From positions 60,576,001-60,640,000 of the forward strand of contig CM052817.1 in NCBI GenBank assembly GCA_028534125.1: a DNA stretch of 64,000 nucleotides. Reading direction: 5' to 3'. The position numbers and the translations under genes are program-made. The stretch comes from Lama glama. Taxonomy: Eukaryota. The notes under the pieces were generated by a model that saw nothing but the letters and a program-made list of their open reading frames with translations, did not search any database and was not told the origin of the DNA. Below, piece after piece: positions 53,951 through 64,000 of the stretch; within the stretch, counting starts at the first letter, position 1, and every line of letters starts with the position of its first letter.

Positions 53951-56459
53951 ATCTGAATTGCTGCTATTCTCCTATAAGTAATATTATTTTGGATAGATAT
54001 ACCATCAGTCCTATACATTCCAAGTTTAATTTTATATGGCTCTTCACTGTATTCTGATATTTCATTAGCTTCAGTTTATATTTATTAAATATTTTTAAAC
54101 CCTGACATAGACAAAGTCTTATCATAAAGCCCTGCTGACATTTACTAACATTACTGTTCTTGACAGTATTTTTATAGAAATACGACTGTATCAAGCAGAG
54201 AGTTTGTGAGCATTATCATCATTTTGAAGTAAAATGTTACCAAGTTTTTCAGTTAAATATTTTGTAGACCTCTGGCATTTGGTACAGCCAATCACTCCTC
54301 ACGGCTGCAGTATTCTGTATCTCAAAATGTGTTCTTGATAGTTTTCTTTGAGAGAACTGCCCTTACAAAGTACTCTGTACCTGGTAGACTTTCAAAAACA
54401 TTTATGGAATAGAATTGATTCTTGCATGTGGCCATGCACTTGTAAGATTCACTAAGGTGTTAAATTTAGCAAAATGATGAAGACTTGTACCAAACAAACA
54501 AAATATTATCTAGCACTCATATTCAGAAGGCAAACAAAAAGTCTGGTATTTCTAAGTTTATATATGGTAATCATGTGGTCCATAAAAATCTAACTTCCTA
54601 AAATGTATTTTCAAATGCATGCTAGGGAAAAACCAATAAATGAAAACTAATATACTTAGAATTGCTGTGATTACCTTTTGTCCTTCATAACCTTGTATTC
54701 CCAGTTGCATTATCCTGTATTCCTTTCAGGGTCTCATGAAAACAAAATGAACATTTTTCTGTTTTGTTTTGCCACTCTCCATTAAGTAACTAAAATGTAG
54801 CCATTTCATAATTTGAAAGGAATTATAAAATCGAACATTTTATTGTAAAAATTAATTACCTTGCATATGAATAGCTTTAACTTTATGTTCAATTTAAAGT
54901 ATTTTTTCACTTAAATAATTGCTTACAAAATAGGAATGAGAAATACTATGTAAGATATGGCTTTAGGAAGTCAGAATGACTAAATATTTGTATTTGCTTC
55001 GATCATAACTTGAATCTTATTGTCTTTGAATCTTTTTGAATTTATTGATAGAAATATTTAATCAAAGATTTTAAAAGATGAGTTAAGTGCAATGGTTTCT
55101 AAACCTTTGCTCCTCCGTTAAATCCTCCTGCAGAAACTCTTTTTAAAATGTTTTCATTGCATACCACTGCAACCTGCTTTTCTTCTCTCCACGCAATCCA
55201 GGTAATCTTCTTTTACAACACCTAGATTGTTTATTCCTCTCTTGTTCCTCACTTTTGTTTCCCTACCCTGGTATTTTGATATCTTTTTAAAAACAAACTC
55301 CATACCTTTCACCTTTTTAAACTTATAGTAGTTTCTAATATTTGTATATGGTCTATAAAAAATAATGAGGTTTTTCCAAGGAGAATGGTGGTCATTAATT
55401 CTGCCATATATCACAGTGGAATGTGTCATTCCTCAGCAAAATATAAGCTCACAACTGTGTGCGAAGACAGCTCTTGTTTGCTTTGGCTAGGAGCATGGTT
55501 TATGGGGAAAAAAAGTTTAAACAGGTCATTAAGAAATATTCCGGTTCTCTCGTTAATGTGTTTGAGCTGTGTGTGTGAGCAGAATTGCTTAGTTTTGGGC
55601 ACCCTGGCGTTCTGTAAGATTGCACGTTTAGAAACCTCTGAACAGTAAAGCCTTGGCAGTATAGCTTGTCATTTGCACCTATCAAAAATGTCAGATGCTT
55701 TTTTTTCAAACTCTATCACTAGCAAACAATGTTGCATAGTTATTAAAATATGGGAATTAACTACAAAATCTGCAAGTTGCAAACAGTGTTGTAAATCAAC
55801 TAAGCAATTAGCATAAGATTTTTTAAGTGACTGAATACGAATTCAGAATTATGAAGTTATTATCTAATAACCCAACAAGTGATGTGAATAAATCCTTGCT
55901 AATATGAAAATTATCAAGCACTGAAACACACTTTTCTACAAACAGGTCTATGGATCCTCATGCTAATGCATTTATATTGATAAACTACAGGCATTCTGTG
56001 AAAGCTTCATTTATTCCAGTTGCTGAGGATTGTGCTTGGAGAATCTGTCAACCAAATAATCTGCAAATTCAAGTCTGCAATTTGTTTTCATTTAATAGGC
56101 AGACAAGTTTTCACCAGTTTATACTCAGTCCTATTTGGAGCTAATTGCTGGAAAATGAATTTTAAAAGCAGAATTTTATCATTTCTTTTTTCCTCCCTCT
56201 GTCCCTATAATAGAAGACTCAAAGCCACCAAATGCACTTCAAAAATATATTTAAGTAGGCGCAGGCCATAATTGCCTGTCAACTGCATGGTTGCAAAGGA
56301 CCCCTAGTACTGGCTCCTGCCACAGTCACTCAACACTTTCTCTGAAATTACTTTCTGATTATGCTATTTCCCTTCTGCAAAGCTCCAGTTCCTTAACAAA
56401 TAAAAGGCAGTAACTTTAATATGGCTTCAATACCCTCCATTATCTACTCCCATTTAACA

Positions 56460-57215
56460 TACTTTTTCTTTCTTTGTATTGAAATGTGTAATACTCATAC
56501 AGAAAAAAAGTTTAAACTATTAATTAATTAATAATAAAGTAATACCCAGATAACCACTGCCCAAAATGAAAAATAGAATATTGTCATTACCACAGAAATC
56601 ATCTTTCCTTGTTCATCTTTCTAATCATACCCTCCCCAGCATCCCAGAGCCAATCACCCAGAGGTGACCACTTTCTTGATTTTCTTTATGGTGCCTTCAC
56701 CCAGATGGGAATCCTTAAATAATACATGGTCATTTTAGTGTTACAACTATGGAATCAAATTGTCTTCTTTGAGTATTGCTTTTTTCATTCAACATGATTC
56801 TTTTAAACGTTCATTCATGTTATTGTGTATCACTCTGCTTTCTTCAATTTTCAGCTGTTTACTATTACATTGCATCAATATACCACAATATATTTATCTT
56901 TTCAATGTTGATAGACATTTGGATTTTTAGATTATTTCTAGATTTGGGTTGTTAGAATCAACGCTGATATAATATACATTCGTGGGCATATATTTTGGTG
57001 CCCAAGATTCACTCCTGTAACAGGAGTGAAGTTACTGGGACATGGCTGTCTTTATCTTCATACTAGATAAGTGTTTCCATAACACTCAGAAACAAGCAAA
57101 GTCAACTTGCTTATAAAGATTTCAGTCTCTGCTAGATATGTCAAAATGTTTTCCAAAGTGGTTGTACCAGTTTAAACATACAGCAGGAGTCATGATAGCT
57201 CTTATTTCTTCTTAA
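56460..57215 (-). mobile_element. L1ME-like 3' end, antisense
   Basis: tattgaaatgtgtaatactcatacagaaaa...tataccacaatatatttatc...ttttccaaagtggttgtaccagttt. Confidence 0.75.
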
Positions 57216-59299
57216 TTCTAATTCTACAGTAGCACTTCCTATAATTTCCAATTTCCTGCCCTGCCAAAAAATTTCCCTTTATTTCCTTAAAAACTGTAAA
57301 TATAATTCTCATGATATGAATCTGAAGTTTTCAGAATCTGAGTTCTTACAGTATGCTAGTTCTATACATGTGATGTAATTTCCTTTTACATGTTACTTTG
57401 ACGTTTGCTTTGGACATTGTATTCAACCAGTTATTTGAAGGAATAATGTAAGACCTAAAATGAAAATACTTTCCTCCTAAAAGATTTTTATTTTTTTCTG
57501 TCAGGAATCTGGAGTCTGTAAATCTCACATCACTTTAAATTGCATTAAAATATAAGACAAATTATGGCATCCTAGATTTTAATCCATAGGTTGCAAAATT
57601 TGAGGTCCAAAGAAATAAAGCTGAAGTAAGATGAATTCTGATAATGCCTTCCCCTTCTGTAACTTGTTACATTACATTGAGTTGAAACTTTTGTTTCTAA
57701 TTTTTCTTATCTGTTAAAATAGTACATGGCTTGTAACCCCCAAAATGGTGATTGTCGTTTGTTTTTTTTTTTTTTAACAACTTCCTTTGTATTTCTCTGG
57801 TGTTTTGTTTGTACAAGTTCTGTTGTTCCAGTATGTTGCTTTTGTTTTGCTTTATGTTTCTCCTGAGTACGTGGCTTTTCAATACTAGATTATAATTATT
57901 TTAAAAGTAATGTCCATGACTTTCTATCATAATTCTCACTATATTGAGTATAATAACTTGATGCAGTAACTGCTCGATACGTGTTAAATATATTTGAGTC
58001 TGTGAGTGAATGAATTTTGGAAGTAGGTGCATAGATAAAAGTGGGTAAACCAAATTCAGTACTGCCATAGAGAAGGAACTAGTGTCTTTTCTATTTTAGG
58101 TTCCAGAGCTTCAATCAAAGATCTATTGCTGTGTTTACCTGTCCAATATATTGGCTGATTGTCCTCATAAGGAAGGGCTGGTCTGAGTAGGATTTATGAA
58201 TAGTGATCAAAATGTGTAATAGAGCTTAAAAATAAATCTTAAAGCACTGATCTAGAAGAGAAGTGGTAAGATGTAATAAAAGTTTATTTAGGATGTAAAA
58301 TTTAAAAAGCACGCTCATTAATAATTCATCAGCCCTCTTTAAAAGAACCCTTAGTATAACCGTGTTTATTCTGCACCTTTAATCAATTGTAGCTGACGTT
58401 GCTGGGAGCAGGTTTCGACAATAGATTTCCAAAAGGGATCCATTTGCCTAGGGATTTATTTATAAAGTTGGAATTAAAAATCATTTCTAGGGGGAAATTC
58501 AGCATATTAAGCAAATGTAATGTAGTTTAGCAAATTAAACAATTGCTCTAAAGATGTACAAATAAAAATGAAAAGAATCAATATTTCATATGACAGCATA
58601 CATTGGAATATTATTTTGCCACATCGATCAGTTAGCTCTGCATTACACTTAATAGTATTCTTAATTTTTTAAGTGTCACGTTAAAGAGTGGCATTCCATT
58701 TCTTGGTGATTAAATTGCTGCTGAACCTAAGAGATTTGTTAGATGTTAAAGGTCATGGATAAATGGAGAATATATATGGTCCAAAATTATTGGTAGAGGA
58801 ACCAGTCAAATAAAATCTTTCATGAATCATCTTTCCATTGGTTTGTCAATGGATAGACGTTCCAAATACAGAAATGAATGAGTTGTGTATAAGGAAATAA
58901 GTGCATGCTCTCAGCATTTACAAGATACTGTAAACAATCAGTGTCCAATTAAGACTAGAATTTTGTGGTCTTATTTATATGCTCTCTGAATATGATCTTT
59001 ATTTTGGAATTTCTTCAACCCATTCTGATTCTAATGACCTCATGACCTACTTCACAGCATTTGTGTAATGCGTAGGTTTGTACTTGTCCAAACAAGCAAA
59101 TGAACAGAAGCAAATTCTGCCATATTATCTGGAAGTTTATATTTAGAATCAAAGAGATGTTACGTATTTTACATACAATATTAAAGATTAAATTTTTACT
59201 TTTCACTCATTTGATGTCACTTAGATTAAACAAGTCAGTATTTACAAGGTTTTATTCATTCCCCAAATTCTCATCTATTCATCTATTAGTCTATCACTG

Positions 59300-59705
59300 T
59301 TCATTAGTATCAAACAGAAAAAATTAGGATCTTAACAATAAAAAATTGAACTTTTAAATTTTTCTTACATTCTAGAACCCTAGAAAGTTAGTCTGGGTGT
59401 GGTATAGCGTTTCAAATGTCAAGGACAGACTCCAGTCTTGTTTTTCTCTTACGTGTAATCTAAGATATTCGCCAGAGCTCTGGCCATTCTGTGTTCATTC
59501 CAGCTGGAAGAAGTAGGAAAAACATAAGAACAATTGCACAAAGCACCCGGCGTACATCCCATTTATCAGAATCAGTCACATGGTCTCACCTTGCCTAAAG
59601 GGAGACTATAGATTGTCTTTATTGACAGTAGTGCTAAAATGAAAATACATAATTAATGAAGAAGAGGAGAACCCCACTGGGGGACAAACAGCAGTCATCG
59701 CCTTC
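59300..59705 (-). mobile_element. Old MLT1J/K-like LTR
   Basis: tgtcaaggacagactcc...cattccagctggaagaag...agtcacatggtctcaccttgcc...gggagact. Confidence 0.55.
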
Positions 59706-60942
59706 GTCTACTATTTATTTACTGGTTTATTTTACTTGATAAGATAGAAACAGTTAAACAAGACCAATTTTTCAAAAAAAAAAAAAGAAGAAAACATCAT
59801 TAATTTAGAAAACCAAGATTTTTTTTTTATTACAAACACCACAATATCAACATGGTTATCAGTGAGCATCATGCTCTCTCCTGGGCCTCTGAAGTGAAAT
59901 GGGACATCTAAATAATTATTTACTCTATTTTCATTATTGTAAAAAAGGCACTACGGAACAAAATGAAGCTCTCTTGGCTCTGAACAAGTTGAAAATTTAT
60001 CTCATGGTAATTTTTACAGGAAAAGTGAATGGTATGGTGGGCAATATTCCTATAATAGATGCAATGATTTTACAAAGCACTTAGCGTCTTTGAGTAAAAG
60101 CCAAAAGCAAAGTATTATTTTACAGCTCAATGAAGGCTATTTTGTGAGTCCCTAAGGAAAAATGATCCAAGGATAAAATTTTTTGGTATTCTGGCCGGGA
60201 CCCAGGATAGATTTTAACCTGCCCACAGGACTGGATAGATTATACACACTGTGAAAGCTTACCTGTAAATATTATTGTTGCTAAAAGATTTCTGAACAGG
60301 TTTAGGAAATTAAGGAATAGATTATCTAATTTTCTGTAGTCTGCCAGCATGTGTCAAACCAATTGAGCTCTCTTAACACCGGGTGTTCTAAAAAGTGAAA
60401 GGGGACTATTTGTTAACTGTAAGAGAGCAAAAATGCAAAAAGATAAAAGAGGTGGAAGTAGAAGCCAATTTGCTGAATTTTCTAAATTACACAAATTACC
60501 AAAAAGGTAAGTGAATTTCTCATAACAGTAGTCGAGAAACGACTTTTGCAATGAAATGCGTGTTTATATCGAAGTTTCAAAATTCTTGGCAAATAACTTC
60601 CAGTAAATGTGATGATATACACTGTAGCTAAATTATATGTTCCTAGAAGTTTTTATCTTTTCAAAAAGATTTATGTAGATTATGTCTGTTAAATGCTATC
60701 TTGCATATTTTTTACATATACAGATAATAACTGCCTGATGATAGAAACAATAAATTCATGGTCTCTTAAATATGATTTTATTATTGATGAATCTTAGGTT
60801 GGTCCTGAGATGGCAAGAAAAATGAATTCATGGGGGTTTCTGAAATTTTGTAGTCACTTTCATCTAATTTGGTAATAACTAAATGAGAGATGACAAGAAA
60901 TTGGGTGAATTGACATTGTTTGATAAAATGATGCATTAATAA

Positions 60943-61302
<360 letters not shown>

Positions 61303-61734
61303 TAATTGGTTTATTATCACGTATCTAAAGGGTCACTATAACCCTTGGGAGCTAATTTCATATAAAATGAGTGCAAGACAAAGCACTAGGTGGCCATGTT
61401 GAGTGGAGAAGTCTCAACCAGTACTATTTCATGAACTTTGTGGAAGGAAAAAATGGTAACAATATAAAGCTAAATTTTTAAATATTCCTGATAATAGAAA
61501 AGTATCTAGAGCAAGGATTTACCTTTACCAAAGTTATACTCTAAACATTTTTTCAGTATATGATAACTTGATGAAGTCATAATGCAATTTCCAAACACAA
61601 TTCCTGTCATTGTGTTCATTTTAAAATGCAGTTTTGAAGAATAAATAAATAAGATTCTGATCACTTAGGAACTAATCATTTAGTTCATGGGTCTAAATAA
61701 GGTAAATTTATCCTTATATTTTACTCCTTGTTCT

Positions 61735-64000
61735 TGCAATTCTCAGAGAAGTATTTAAACTTCTATATTTCTTTATTTCTATTTCTGTTGGTTTTTGCTT
61801 TATTTGGGGGGCTCTGTTATTAGGTGCATACACACTTTTAATTATTATGTCTTCCTGATGGGTTGTTGAATAGTCACGTTTAGGTTCATAATTTAGTATT
61901 TGATATCTATGTATTCTATTTTTTTCCCCACTGTTCCTTCTTTTCTTGCCTTCCTTTGGATTAATTGAATGTTTTTAGTGTTTGATTTTATTTCCCTCTT
62001 TGCTTTTTAGCTGCATTTCTTTGTATTTTTGCATGTCTGTGGTTACTCTAGAAATAGTAATGTGCATTCTTATCACATTTTATCTAGATTAATATCATAC
62101 CATTTCACATTAAAAAAGTAATAACTTACAACAATATAATTTGTTACTTTATGTGTTATTGTGGTTATGTATTTATATTTTATGAACTTCAAAGGAAAAT
62201 GTCATAGTGTTTTATTGAAATAATAAATTGACTTTTAAAAGTATGAAGGGAAAAAAGACAATTTCTGCTATTTAACCTCTTATCTACTATTTCTGGGGCT
62301 TTTTATTCCTTTCTATGTGTCTGAGCTTCTACCTGGTATCATTTACTTCCTGAAGAACTTCTTTTAGAATGTCTTAAAGTGCAATCCTGTAAGTGGCAAT
62401 ACTCTCAACTTTAGCTTACCTTAAAATTTCTTTCTTTACCCTTATTTTTTGAACAATATTATTAGCATATAGCAAACTCTGAGTTGACAGGTTTATTTTT
62501 TTCTGAATACTTTTTGTCTTAGTGCTTTCAAATAGGGATATTGCTGATTTAGATTTATGTTTGACAAGAGCACTGAGAATCTCAGAACATAGTCACTTAT
62601 AATCAAAATATATTTTTCTTCATACTTTTTTTATTGTCTAAGAAAAAAATTATAGGTGCAGTAGTATTATTCCTAATATCAAGGCTGATGATTTTAAAGC
62701 AAGAGCAACCTTTTATTTTAAAAATCAAAATAAAGTTATTATTCAACAATTTTCCTAGCAGTAATAAATGTATTTTATAATTATTTCACAGTATAAGTGA
62801 CACAAAGCATTATATTGGTTTCAGGTATAAAACATAATGATTTGGTACTTGTATATATTGCAAAATGATTACCACAGTAAGTCTAGTTAACATTCATCAC
62901 CATATATAATTTTTTTAATGACTTTAAAGATGTCATTCTATGTCTTTTGCCAAATACTGTTTCTGATGAGAAGTTAGCCATCATTTGTACCTTTGTTCTT
63001 TTTTTTTTAGCACAGGAGTGGCCATTTTTACAATTCTGTTTCCATTTTTGATGGTTTTTATATTTAACTATGATTTTCTTTGTATTTATCTTTGTTAAGG
63101 GTTCACTGAGCTTCTGGGATATGTTTCACTAGATTTAATAAATCTTGACAATTATTTCACAAATATTTTTTACTTTCTTCCTTCTCTTTCTCCTCTTTAT
63201 TTGAGACTCAGAGAACATTCAAGTTAGACCTTATTAATATTGTCTCTAGGTCATTGAGGCCTTATTTATTTTACTATAATGTTTTACCCTCTTACCTTTA
63301 GATTGGATCATTTATCTCATCTGCTTTTAGGTTTACTGATTCTTTCTTCATCATTTCAAATTTTCTGTTAAGTCCATTTAGTAACTTTTTTATTCTAGAT
63401 AGCTTATTTTTCAGTTCTAGAATTTTAACTTTTTAAAAATAATTTTCATTTTTCTGCTGAGATTCCCCATCTTCTTAGTCATTTTAACCATCTTTCCTGT
63501 TATGTCCTTGATCATATTTATCATAGCTGCCTTAAAGTCCTTGTCTGCTACAATTTCAACACCTCTGTCATCTCAGGGTAAGTTTATATTGACTGGTTTT
63601 TCTGTTAACCATAGTTCACATTTTCCTCCTTCTTCATATTCCTGGTTCTTCACATTTGCTTGGAACTGAACACTGTGGTTGGTATATTGTTGAGACTTGA
63701 GAGTATGTCGCTTAGGTTGTATACTCTAAAGACGACTGATTTTTGTTCCAGCAGTTTGTTAAATTACTATCAGTTACCCTTGAATCTGTGGAGGTTTGGT
63801 TTTACAGACTGTTAAGGCAGGCCTTTTTGATTTTACTTTAATTCCTAGGACAAATCCCTTAGTGCTGGCAGTCTCTTTATTCCTAAACACAGCCTTATGG
63901 AGTTTTGTGGAAAGCCTATGGTTATTACCAAGCCTTTCTGATAGAAGGACTCAACATAGAATTTCTATCTCCCTCACCATAGGTAGCAAGAGTCTTTTGT
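61735..64000 (-). mobile_element. Antisense L1M (ORF2 start, ORF1, towards 5'UTR) with a nested insertion
   Basis: gctctgttattaggtgcatacac; tcctgaagaacttcttttagaat; tttctgatgagaagttagcc; gttcactgagcttctgggat. Confidence 0.8.
62775..62920 (-). mobile_element. Short younger L1 3' terminus nested in the older L1
   Basis: gtttcaggtataaaacataatgatt...aaaatgattaccacagtaagtctagttaacattcatcacc. Confidence 0.75.

Overview
AT-rich, CpG-depleted placental-mammal genomic DNA from inside the glutamate receptor delta-2 gene (GRID2/GluD2), which runs on the + strand. Only two coding exons are present: 35321-35422 (102 bp) and 61084-61281 (198 bp). Both have canonical AG/GT ends and splice in frame to give ...LRVVTVL|EEPFVMV..., the end of the amino-terminal domain and the start of the S1 ligand-binding segment. 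The rest is intron, full of old interspersed repeats (CR1/L3, L2, MIR, L1M, MLT1/ERVL/ERV1 solo LTRs, MER5, MER104), microsatellites and one 500-N assembly gap. All other ORFs in the track look spurious. I recognised no young order-specific SINE; the youngest L1 end looks cetartiodactyl, and a camelid is my guess. I found no convincing novel biological system. The best leads are a CpG-retaining patch containing a microexon-like splice signature, candidate poison exons, a possible L1 3' transduction, and an internally deleted L1 splitting a MIR. Repeat family names and edges come from remembered consensus sequences, not from a search, and are approximate unless a target-site duplication (TSD) is cited.
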